This document shows positions 9,801-18,576 of a stretch of DNA of 64,000 nucleotides, piece after piece. How positions within the stretch are numbered: the first letter of the stretch is position 1; each line of letters opens with the position of its first letter. The notes under the pieces were generated by a model. The model was given only the letters and a program-made list of their open reading frames with translations, was not told where the DNA came from and did no database searches. Both the position numbers and the translations under genes were made by a program. This DNA is from Calditrichaceae bacterium (GTDB taxonomy: Bacteria > Calditrichota > Calditrichia > RBG-13-44-9 > J075). The DNA lies in assembly GCA_013360445.1 (NCBI GenBank), contig JABWBP010000036.1, positions 322 through 64,321 of the forward strand, given 5' to 3'.

Positions 9801-9855
9801 ACTCCGGGGAGAGATCCCGCTAACAAAGTGTTTTATGATGAATAGAGGAATTTAT

Positions 9856-11847
9856 ATGCGTCACTTAACCATCTTACTTCTCTTTTCCACCCTTATTCTT
9901 GCCCGGGAAACCCGCTTTTTCCGGGTGGCGGCGGAGAGCGACCGCCAAATCCTGCTCCTGGCTGCGCAGGGATTCGAGCTCGCCGACGCCCGGATTTACT
10001 CCGCTTCCGTCGGCAGGCCGGCGGTGCGCTGGATGCCGGAGAACCGCTGCGTTACCGTGCTGGCGGACGATCCCGCCGCGGGGGACAGGCTGCGATTGCT
10101 GGGGTTTCGAATCCTCGAACAGGGCGCTCGCCGGCCCTCTTTTACGCCGCAGCCGCCCACGGAAGACCTCCCCATGCAATTCGGCTGGCCCCGCCTGATG
10201 AACGGCTGGCCCACCATTTACGGCCAGCCGGTCACGATTGAGGACCTCAACGAAAACGGCGCGCCGGAGATTTTCCTCAGCAACAGCGAAGGCTGGCTAT
10301 ACGGCTGGCGGCCCAACGGCGTTTTTGTGTTGGGGTTTCCCAAATCGCCCTACCTGCGCGGGGTTTATGATCCCCAAACCGGCGATACGGTGTACGTCAG
10401 TTGGGTGAGCACCGGCTCCCGGGAAGGGGGCGCGACAGGGGACGTAAACGGCGACGGGGCGAAGGAGTTGGTATTCGCCAAGGATATCGGGTATTTGTTT
10501 GCGTACCAGTATAACAGCATCCTGTTAGGCGGGTTTCCTTACGACCTGGGCCTGGCGCACTTCTCCAGCCAGCCGGTTCTATTCGATTTCGATAACGACG
10601 GGAAGGATGAGATTCTCTTAGCCGAGTTCCTGTGGGACTCCATCCTGCCTTACGGCCCGGCCACGATCCATATTTTCAACGAGGATCACAGCGAGCTGCC
10701 CGGCTGGCCGCAGCAAATCCCGGTATTTTCCGAATCCTCCCCCGCGGTGGGGGATATCGACGGCGATAACGAAGTGGAAATCGTGCTCGGCAGCGGGAGA
10801 GATCCCAATACCGGCGAGCCGGGGCGGATTTACGCGTTCAACCTCGACGGGAGCATCTGCGCCGGATTTCCCATCGAGGTGGGCAATGCGGTCAACTGCA
10901 CTCCCACGATTTACGACATCGACCTGAACGGCGTCGCCGACGTCCTGATCCGGATCATGCCCCTGAGTAGCGGAATCAACGGAATTTACGCGTTCGACGG
11001 CTTCGGCGCGATTCTCCCCGGGTTTCCCGCGGCGCTCTCCTCCGGCTCCCCCAACGGCGCGCCGGCGGCGGCGGACGTAAACGGCGACGGATTCCCGGAA
11101 ATCGCCTACGGCAGCGTGCAGGCGGTTGACTCCGCAAAAGTATGGCTGTTCCGCCACACCGGGGAATTGATGCCCGGCTTCCCGCAGCCGGTGTACGCCA
11201 CCTGGGTGGAGGAATCGGTGAGTTTGGAGGACGTTTCCGGCGACGGGCTGGCGGATATCGTCTGCGGCACCAACGGGGTCAGCAACGATCCCGCGCGATT
11301 GTGGGCCTTCGATTACCAGGGGCAGGTGGTCGCCGGCTTCCCCATTACCATCAACGAGACCTTCAGCACCTTAGAAACCACCCCCACCATCGTGGATATT
11401 GACGGGGACGGGGATACCGAGATATTCACCGCCTCGCACGAGGGCACGGTGTACGCTTTCGATTCGCCGGGACAGCCGGCAACTTCCGCCTGGCCGACTT
11501 ACAAATACAATCCCGCCCGGTTAGGCGGCATTCCCGGGGGCGGCCCCACCGCCACCGGGGGGCAAACCGGGGTTCTGCCGGGGAGCATCGAGCTGCACCC
11601 GAACTATCCCAATCCTTTCAATCCCCAAACCCGGATTTCTTTCACCCTGGGCCGGCGGCAGGCGGTTACGCTGGCGGTGTTCGACGTTCTGGGACGCCCG
11701 GTGCGCGAGCTGATTCGCAATGAGATCTATGAGCCGGGCGCGCATTCGCTGGATTTCCGGGCCGGAAATCTGGCTTCGGGAATTTATTATTACCGGTTGG
11801 AGGCGGGAGGGCGGAAATTAGCGCGGAAGATGTTGCTGGTGCGGTGA
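9856..11847 (+). CDS. Secreted FG-GAP/VCBS repeat protein with FlgD-Ig/T9SS-like CTD
   Basis: RBS GAGG before ATG 9856 and a signal peptide. About seven repeats of GFP...P..xDxDGDG..EI, then NYPNPFNPQTRISF. Confidence 0.85.
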   Translation: MRHLTILLLFSTLILARETRFFRVAAESDRQILLLAAQGFELADARIYSASVGRPAVRWMPENRCVTVLADDPAAGDRLRLLGFRILEQGARRPSFTPQPPTEDLPMQFGWPRLMNGWPTIYGQPVTIEDLNENGAPEIFLSNSEGWLYGWRPNGVFVLGFPKSPYLRGVYDPQTGDTVYVSWVSTGSREGGATGDVNGDGAKELVFAKDIGYLFAYQYNSILLGGFPYDLGLAHFSSQPVLFDFDNDGKDEILLAEFLWDSILPYGPATIHIFNEDHSELPGWPQQIPVFSESSPAVGDIDGDNEVEIVLGSGRDPNTGEPGRIYAFNLDGSICAGFPIEVGNAVNCTPTIYDIDLNGVADVLIRIMPLSSGINGIYAFDGFGAILPGFPAALSSGSPNGAPAAADVNGDGFPEIAYGSVQAVDSAKVWLFRHTGELMPGFPQPVYATWVEESVSLEDVSGDGLADIVCGTNGVSNDPARLWAFDYQGQVVAGFPITINETFSTLETTPTIVDIDGDGDTEIFTASHEGTVYAFDSPGQPATSAWPTYKYNPARLGGIPGGGPTATGGQTGVLPGSIELHPNYPNPFNPQTRISFTLGRRQAVTLAVFDVLGRPVRELIRNEIYEPGAHSLDFRAGNLASGIYYYRLEAGGRKLARKMLLVR

Positions 11848-11970
11848 AAATGCCGTCAAATGCGGACTTGGCGACTTTGCGAGAGATAAAACTCTCGTTT
11901 CGCGTAAATTGCCGAGCACTATTTTTTATTGTTCTTGACAGGATGCACAGGGTTGATCGGATTACGGTTA

Positions 11971-12822
11971 TCAAAACCGGATGCACACCCCCGCCCGGTT
12001 GGCGGCGAAGTAGGGATCGAGGAGAATTTTCCCGCTTTTTTCCCGGGTATGGTTCACTAACATGCTGCCCACCCAGTAACCGATTACCCCGCCGACGAAT
12101 ACGTCCGAAGGCCAGTGGTTGCGGCTGTCGATGCGCTGCAAGGCCACGGAAGCCGCCAGGGTGTACGCGGGAATTTTGATCCACCACTGGGGGTACTGCT
12201 TGGCGATGACGGTCATCATGGCAAATGCCGAGGTGGCGTGGCCGGAGGGGAGGGAGAGAAAATCTTCCCCGCCCCTGAATTGCAGCGCGTTGAGGTCGTA
12301 AGGCCCGCGCCCGGTGTAGGGCCGCGCCCGCCCCAGCACGTGCTTGCCCAGGGTGGTAATCGCCCCGGCGATGACAAAGGATTCTATCATCAGCCGGGAA
12401 GTTTCCAACAGTTTTTTATCATTGAAGATCAACCCGCTCCCGATCATCCCCGCGGAAAGCCCTAACGCGATATTTTTCGACCCCACCTCGTCGTACAGCT
12501 CTCCTAATTTGACGAAACCCCCGCTCGATTGGGTGTAAAGGGAATGCCGCTCCAGAACAAATTCTTCATGGACAGGCTGATCGAAGCCGTACGCTATCCC
12601 GGCGCTCATCAAGGTAAAAGAAGTTAGGCGCAGCGCGTCGTCTTTCGACATCCGCAGGGGGGAAGAAGCCACGTGCAAGATATCGCCGCCCACCGTGGCG
12701 ACAAATGATTTCAGGGGATTTGGGGTAGTTTTTTCGATGGCCTGGGGTAAGCCGCGGCCGGAGAAGAGTATGATTGTCAGGAGAACCCATACAGGGTTCG
12801 GAAACCGGCTGCGGAAGCGCAT
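11971..12822 (-). CDS. PAP2 family phosphatase
   Basis: The three PAP2 motifs are present: KHVLGRARP, PSGH and RIDSRNHWPSDV. Confidence 0.88.
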   Translation of the reverse strand: MRFRSRFPNPVWVLLTIILFSGRGLPQAIEKTTPNPLKSFVATVGGDILHVASSPLRMSKDDALRLTSFTLMSAGIAYGFDQPVHEEFVLERHSLYTQSSGGFVKLGELYDEVGSKNIALGLSAGMIGSGLIFNDKKLLETSRLMIESFVIAGAITTLGKHVLGRARPYTGRGPYDLNALQFRGGEDFLSLPSGHATSAFAMMTVIAKQYPQWWIKIPAYTLAASVALQRIDSRNHWPSDVFVGGVIGYWVGSMLVNHTREKSGKILLDPYFAANRAGVCIRF

Positions 12823-12937
12823 TGAACCTTACCTTTTTATCAACCTTCTTAAAAAAATTTCGCCCAATATAAGCGAATTTTTGCCCCAAACCAGGAAATT
12901 TTATCTTTCATCCTTTATCCTTTTCCCTTCAACCGAT

Positions 12938-14494
12938 TCATTCCCGCCGAAATCGCTGTTTAAGCCGGCGCACCTTATGCGCATAAAATTCTCCGAACTC
13001 CGGTTTCGGGCGTTTGCAGAGATATACCCCCAGGCCGTATTCCCGCGCGTAGGGGTTGCGCAATTGCCCCGCCAGGGCAACCTCGGCAAAAAAGTGTTGA
13101 ATATCCTCCCCAAATTCATCATTGACATAGATGAAGGCGAGCAGGTTTTCCAGGGAATCCGGGGCCCAGAGCAGGAAATTATCGTCGAAAGAGAGCGGTT
13201 CCGGCAAACCGTATTTTTTGCCGTGGTACTTGATGGCCCCGGCCTGCCCGTAATTTTCCGCATAAATTGCGCACCGCGCCTGCTCCTCCGCGCTCAAACC
13301 GTGGTAGGCGTCCGCCGCCAGCTTTGCCAGTTCCTCCCAGCCGATCATATCCGCGTAATCCTGGGGCAGGGGATGGAGTCGGCCGTCTTCCCAGCGCAGC
13401 GCTCCCTCAAACCCGTAGCGTTTGGATTGCTCCGCATAAACCAGCATTTTATCGTAGGGCAGAACCGGCAGGCTGTAAGGAAGCGCCGGCAAGGTTAGCA
13501 GGATCATCATTGCTAAAACTGCCCATTGCAGAGAGCGCCAACGTCCCCGGAGATAGCTTTCCAGGGCAAATCCTCCCGCGGCGAACAGCAACGGGTAGAT
13601 TCCCAGGGTGTAGTAGGGTTTTCCCGACAGTAAAAGTAAAATCAACACCACCGCTAAAACCGTGTAGCCCAGCGCCCGGTAAGGTTTGCCTTCTTTGAGA
13701 AACAACAAAAACAGCAGCCCGCATCCCCATACCAGGATGACGGGGAAATTCATCAAAAGCTGGGCGAGCAAAAAATCGGGAACGGTGACGTGCACCAGTT
13801 GGTTTTGCCGGAGCTCCGCCAGGTGGGTTACCACCGGCCAGCGATGGCTCCACTGCCAGAGCAGGTTGGGCAGAATCAACAGAAAACCGATGGCTGCCCC
13901 TGCCAGCAGGTACTTGGAGTAGAATAACCTTCGCAGGGGAGTTAGCAAGAGCGAGAGCGCAAAAGCGACCGCCAGCACTGCGATGGAATATTTGTTCAAG
14001 AATCCCATTCCGAAGACAATACCCAGGTGAACCCAGAATTGGGGGCGCCCGGTTTTGAGCAATTTTACCATAAAATAAGCGGCCAGCAGCCAGTAGAATT
14101 CATCGAACGAAACCGGCTGGAACAAGGTATTGCTGCGCAGGAATGCCGGGGAAACGATAAAGGCGCAGCAGCTCAACACTATCGCCCGGGATTTCCCGCC
14201 CAATTCTTTGACAATCAGGGCGATGAGGATGATCGAAGCGGCTCCCAACAGCGCCGGAAAGAGCCGCACGGCGAACGTCGAATCGCCGAATACCGTGGTG
14301 GTCAAACGGGCAAACAGGGCAATCGAGGGCGGCGCCGAGAGGTATCCGAAGTCCAGGTGGTCTCCTTCTGCGAGGTAGAGGAAGGCGTCGCGGTGCAATT
14401 CGTAATTGGTGTTGGTAAAGAAGTGCAGCAGCAATTTGAGCAGCACCAACCCCCCGATGAGCAGCCATTCTCCCGGAAGTTTTTGCAGTTTCAT
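12938..14494 (-). CDS. Glycosyltransferase family 39 / ArnT-like (PMT_2) integral membrane protein
   Basis: YELHRDAFLY..HLDFGYLSAPP, FAVRLFPALLG and GFLNKYS, with many TM helices. Confidence 0.85.
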   Translation of the reverse strand: MKLQKLPGEWLLIGGLVLLKLLLHFFTNTNYELHRDAFLYLAEGDHLDFGYLSAPPSIALFARLTTTVFGDSTFAVRLFPALLGAASIILIALIVKELGGKSRAIVLSCCAFIVSPAFLRSNTLFQPVSFDEFYWLLAAYFMVKLLKTGRPQFWVHLGIVFGMGFLNKYSIAVLAVAFALSLLLTPLRRLFYSKYLLAGAAIGFLLILPNLLWQWSHRWPVVTHLAELRQNQLVHVTVPDFLLAQLLMNFPVILVWGCGLLFLLFLKEGKPYRALGYTVLAVVLILLLLSGKPYYTLGIYPLLFAAGGFALESYLRGRWRSLQWAVLAMMILLTLPALPYSLPVLPYDKMLVYAEQSKRYGFEGALRWEDGRLHPLPQDYADMIGWEELAKLAADAYHGLSAEEQARCAIYAENYGQAGAIKYHGKKYGLPEPLSFDDNFLLWAPDSLENLLAFIYVNDEFGEDIQHFFAEVALAGQLRNPYAREYGLGVYLCKRPKPEFGEFYAHKVRRLKQRFRRE

Positions 14495-14564
14495 ACGCGA
14501 TCTCCAGGGCGGTTACTAGGATTTTTTCATAATTCCCTTGCTATCCCGGAATGTTTTTTGAATA

Positions 14565-14675
14565 GTTACTATTCAGCCACAGAGACCACAGAGGTCACAG
14601 AGGAAGATTTGGGGGTATCCACCACTTCGTGGAGAGCATTTAGAGCCTTATATCCCTGTATGCCTGAATAGTTAC
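14565..14675 (+). mobile_element. IS66-like MITE, copy 1 (internally deleted)
   Basis: Ends GTTACTATTCAG...CTGAATAGTTAC with 8-bp TSD TTTGAATA (14557-14564 and 14676-14683). The first ~97 bp match 30302-30398 except for one base. Confidence 0.85.
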
Positions 14676-14736
14676 TTTGAATAAATTAACCGGTCGAATG
14701 TTGGATTGTTTGTAAACCTTAACTGAGGAGAAAACA

Positions 14737-15300
14737 ATGAATCGGAAAGCTAATTGTTTTTTTTCCACTCTCATTATTGTCGCGGCGGCGCTTCTGTTCG
14801 CCTGCGAAGCGCAACACGATCATTCTCACGCTGCCGCGGAAACCCCGGCCATCACCAAAGCCATTGCAGTAATGCACCCCACGGAGGGCCATACCGCGCA
14901 TGGAACGGTGGTATTCACGGCCACCCCGGAAGGGATCAAAGTGGTCGCCCACATCGAAGGGCTGACCCCCGGCAGCCATGGTTTTCACGTTCATGAATAC
15001 GGGGATTGCAGCGCCCCGGACGCAACCTCCGCAGGCGGACACTTCAACCCCTCCGATGCTCCCCACGCCGGGCCGCAGGCGACGCAGCGCCATACCGGCG
15101 ACCTGGGCAACATCGTGGCCGATGAAAACGGGGTCGGACACCTGGAATGGACCGATAAAATGCTGAGCTTCGGCGGCCCCCATTCCATTATCGGGCGGGG
15201 ATTGATCGTGCACATTGCGGAAGACGATCTCACCACCCAGCCCACCGGCAACGCTGGGGCGCGGGTGGCCTGCGGGGTCATCGGCGTGGCAAAACCGTAA
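14737..15300 (+). CDS. sodC: Cu/Zn superoxide dismutase lipoprotein
   Basis: Lipobox LLFAC, HGFHVHEYGDC, SAGGHFNP, RHTGDLGN, IIGRGLIVH and GARVACGVI. RBS GAGGAG. Confidence 0.95.
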   Translation: MNRKANCFFSTLIIVAAALLFACEAQHDHSHAAAETPAITKAIAVMHPTEGHTAHGTVVFTATPEGIKVVAHIEGLTPGSHGFHVHEYGDCSAPDATSAGGHFNPSDAPHAGPQATQRHTGDLGNIVADENGVGHLEWTDKMLSFGGPHSIIGRGLIVHIAEDDLTTQPTGNAGARVACGVIGVAKP

Positions 15301-15313
15301 CAGTTTTCGACGG

Positions 15314-15814
15314 TCATTCCGGCGCTTTCATACCCATCTGCGCCCACTCCTCGTGGGAAGGTCCGTAGAGGCCCGGCACTTTCAAACCGGCCTGGCGCAT
15401 CAACACGGTCATCTGGGCGCGGTGGTGTACCTGGTGGCGAATCAGGGCGAGCAGCACGGTTTTTTTCTTCCACTGTTCCCCGTACATGTTCACTTTTTCG
15501 TTCAGGCTGGCGTCGGTCCAGCGCCGGCTGACCTGCTCCACCAGGGAAGCGGAGGATTTTTCGTAGGCGCTGGCAATATCCGCCGCTTTCGCCGGAACCG
15601 GGGCGTGTTCGTCGGGTCCCTCCACGGCTAAACCGGCATCCCCTAACATCTCGTTGATGGTTCCCACGATGTGCCAGGCCAGAAAACCCAGGGAGCGGCC
15701 TTCCGGGGTTACTCTCTGGCTTAACGAGGCGTCGGTAAGGTTGTTGAAAACCTTCAAAGTTCCTTCGCTTTCCAGCGACCAATCCTTCAAAAAATCTTTG
15801 ATGGTAGTGTACAT
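15314..15814 (-). CDS. DinB family protein
   Basis: RSLGFLAWHI and LIRHQVHHRAQMTVLMRQAG..PGLYGP (His triad). RBS GGAGG. Confidence 0.9.
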   Translation of the reverse strand: MYTTIKDFLKDWSLESEGTLKVFNNLTDASLSQRVTPEGRSLGFLAWHIVGTINEMLGDAGLAVEGPDEHAPVPAKAADIASAYEKSSASLVEQVSRRWTDASLNEKVNMYGEQWKKKTVLLALIRHQVHHRAQMTVLMRQAGLKVPGLYGPSHEEWAQMGMKAPE

Positions 15815-15896
15815 GGCAGCTTCCTCCTGGAGAGGTGATGGGTTTTATGGAAAAAATACCGGATTTTCTCTGCCAATCGAATATCAACATTAAATA

Positions 15897-15933
15897 ACCG
15901 CGAGGCGTCTCCGGCTGGGGGACGCCTCGCGGT
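15897..15933 (-). terminator. Probable intrinsic terminator downstream of pepF
   Basis: 13-bp perfect stem ACCGCGAGGCGTC / GACGCCTCGCGGT, followed by an AT-rich run on the minus strand. Confidence 0.6.
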
Positions 15934-16004
15934 GTTGGGGGGGTAATGTAGCAAAATCGGGTGGAAAGAGAAATCGCTAAAAATCTTCCCGGCGGAAGGC
16001 TATT

Positions 16005-17891
16005 TCAGGAGCCTTTTTGGTTCAGTATTTTGTCGATTTCATCCATGGCGCGGTTCATGGCGGCCATGGTCTGGGTGAAAGGCTCGGAAGTGGTCATATC
16101 CACCCCGGCCTTTTTCAGCAATTCGATGGGGTAATCGGAGCCGCCGGAGGAGATGAACTGCATGAAACGCTGCACCGCGCCAGGATCTTTTTTCAACACC
16201 TTCTCGGCCAGGGCGGTGGAAGCGGTAAACGAGGTGGCGTACTGGTACACGTAAAAATTGTAATAAAAATGGGGAATGTAGCCCCACTCGACGGTTACCC
16301 GGTCATCGATTTTGCAAATTCCCTTATCGTGCCCGTAGTACTTTTTCAGAATATCGGCGTAGAGCGCCGTCAGCGCCTCGCCGGTCAGCGGTTCGCCCTG
16401 CTCGGCTTTTTCATGGATTTTTAGCTCGAACTCGGCGAACTGAGTCTGCCGGAACAGGGTTCCCTTCAAATTATCCAGGTAATTCATCAACAAGGAGAGG
16501 CGGGTATCATTGTCTTGGATATCTTTCAGCATTTTGTCGATCAGCAGCGCCTCGTTGAAGGTGGAGGCCACTTCCGCCACGAAGGTGGGATAATCCGCCA
16601 GCGGGTAGGGCTGGGTTTTGTTAGAAAAATAACTGTGCATGGCGTGGCCGATCTCGTGCGCCAGGGTGCTGACGTCATTGTACTGGCCGTTGTAATTGAG
16701 GAGCATAAAGGGATGGGCGTCGTACACGTCCCCCGCGGAGTAAGCCCCGGAACGCTTGCCCGGGGTGGGATACACGTCGATCCAGCGCTCCTCGAACGCT
16801 TTCTTCACCACCCCGGCGTACTCATTCCCCAGCGGTTTTACGGCTTCCAAAACCAGTTTTTTAGCCTCGCTATAGGGATATTCCAACTCCACTCCTTTCA
16901 CCACCGGGGCGTAGAGATCGGAATATTTCAAAGTATCTAACTTGAGCATGCGTTTGCGCAGGTTGAGGTAGCGGTGGAAAGTGTCCAGGTTGCGGTTGAC
17001 GTTATCAACCAGGGCTAAATAGACCTCCGTGGGGATGTTGTTGGCGTCCAGGGCGTTCTCCAGAGATGATTGATATCCCCGGGCCCGGGCGTAGAAAATA
17101 TCCTTTTTGACGTTGCCGTACAATTGCTCGCCCAGGGTTCCCTGGAATCCGCCGATGGTGTTCCAGAACGCTGCGAACACCGCTTCCCGGTCTTCCCGGT
17201 TGGGCAGGGCGCGGTAGCGGGAGTAGCCCGCGGAAGTTAACTTGACGGAGCTGCCGTCGCTCAATTTGATCTCCGGATAGGGCAGTTCCGCGTTGCTGAA
17301 TACGCTGAAAATATCGTAGGGGGCGCTGGCCATCAGGCCCGCTTCGGCTAAGATCTTCTCTTCCTTTTCGGAGAGGGTATGCGCTTTCCGGCGCTGCAAG
17401 TCCAGCAAATAGAACTGATATACTTTCAGCCCCGGCGCTTCAGCGATGAATTTTTCAATGGCCGGTTTGTCAAGTTTGACCATTTCCGGCTCCATAAATG
17501 CGGCTTTGGCCTGATAGTCGGTATAAATTTGCTGGATTTCCTGCTTCATGGATTGGTAGGCGGAGTTGCGGGTGTCCTGGTCGGATTTCATGAACGCGTA
17601 GCTATAAAGCCGCGCCATTCCCCGGGAAATCCGGCTGTTGAACTCCAGGCAGGCCAGCAGATCGGAGGCGGAGGCCGCCAATCGCCCCTTGAATCCCGCC
17701 AATTTATCGAATTCGGCGGCGACCTGTTGTTTGGCTTCATGCCAGGCCTGGTCGGTGGAATACAGATCTTCTAACTTCCAGGTATCCTGCAAGGACACTT
17801 CCGAGCGCTCCCGCGGTTGGGAATATAGCAACGCCGGCGCGGCCATCCCCAGCGCGGCGATTATTAACAGAAACGATGAACGTTTCACCAT
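16005..17891 (-). CDS. pepF: Oligoendopeptidase F (M3B) with N-terminal signal peptide
   Basis: WKLEDLY, RWIDVYPTPGKRSGAYS, HEIGH zinc motif, FVAEVASTFNE and IPHFYYNFYVYQYAT. RBS GGAGG before ATG 17891. Confidence 0.93.
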   Translation of the reverse strand: MVKRSSFLLIIAALGMAAPALLYSQPRERSEVSLQDTWKLEDLYSTDQAWHEAKQQVAAEFDKLAGFKGRLAASASDLLACLEFNSRISRGMARLYSYAFMKSDQDTRNSAYQSMKQEIQQIYTDYQAKAAFMEPEMVKLDKPAIEKFIAEAPGLKVYQFYLLDLQRRKAHTLSEKEEKILAEAGLMASAPYDIFSVFSNAELPYPEIKLSDGSSVKLTSAGYSRYRALPNREDREAVFAAFWNTIGGFQGTLGEQLYGNVKKDIFYARARGYQSSLENALDANNIPTEVYLALVDNVNRNLDTFHRYLNLRKRMLKLDTLKYSDLYAPVVKGVELEYPYSEAKKLVLEAVKPLGNEYAGVVKKAFEERWIDVYPTPGKRSGAYSAGDVYDAHPFMLLNYNGQYNDVSTLAHEIGHAMHSYFSNKTQPYPLADYPTFVAEVASTFNEALLIDKMLKDIQDNDTRLSLLMNYLDNLKGTLFRQTQFAEFELKIHEKAEQGEPLTGEALTALYADILKKYYGHDKGICKIDDRVTVEWGYIPHFYYNFYVYQYATSFTASTALAEKVLKKDPGAVQRFMQFISSGGSDYPIELLKKAGVDMTTSEPFTQTMAAMNRAMDEIDKILNQKGS

Positions 17892-18129
17892 AAAGCCTCC
17901 ATGGTTAGTGGATTGTGAATATTCAGCCTTGCAACAAAGCGTTGTTCCAAAGCTCCCCGGATTTAAATTCACAGCCTTACGCAGCGAATGCGTGCAAGTT
18001 TCTTTTCGGTATGGGGGATGATGAATTGGTTGGGTAAAGGGTGTCCTATCATCTGAGATTTGACGATTGTCACGTGATAGTACAGGCTAAATAGTTGGAT
18101 GGCGGAGAGCCATTCAACCATTGCACCCT

Positions 18130-18453
18130 TCACTCCGCGGCGGCATCGTCCCTGCCCGGTTGCAGACTTTGTTTCATCTGCCAAAAACGCCGCCACCCGA
18201 TGAGGAAGGTGAGCACTCCCAGGGGAATGAATATCCCCCCCAGGATTTCGAATACCACCTCTCCGAAAAAATGGATGAAGGTGACCCCGGAAACAAAAAA
18301 CGCCAGCGCGGTGCGAATGTACGCCAAAAAGGTGCGCTCGTTCGCCACCACGGTGCGGTCCAGCGCCAGGTAATCCCTTAAAATCAGATCCTCTTTTCTG
18401 AATTGCTGGTAAGCGGTTTGATTCGATTTGTCCTGCTTCTTCTGCTCATTCAT
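18130..18453 (-). CDS. DUF202 / YidH-like small membrane protein
   Basis: LRDYLALDRTVVANERTFLAYIRTALA plus two TM helices. The start was moved to ATG 18453. Confidence 0.88.
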   Translation of the reverse strand: MNEQKKQDKSNQTAYQQFRKEDLILRDYLALDRTVVANERTFLAYIRTALAFFVSGVTFIHFFGEVVFEILGGIFIPLGVLTFLIGWRRFWQMKQSLQPGRDDAAAE

Positions 18454-18576
18454 GGTTTTCCTGCCGCAAGGTTTATGGTTGAATATTGCCCTGCTTCGCC
18501 ATCGCGGGTTCCCCAATCCGATCCGCCTCTTTGGGGAATTTGACATCCGCAATCCTCTCTCCCCTTCCCCGCCGCC

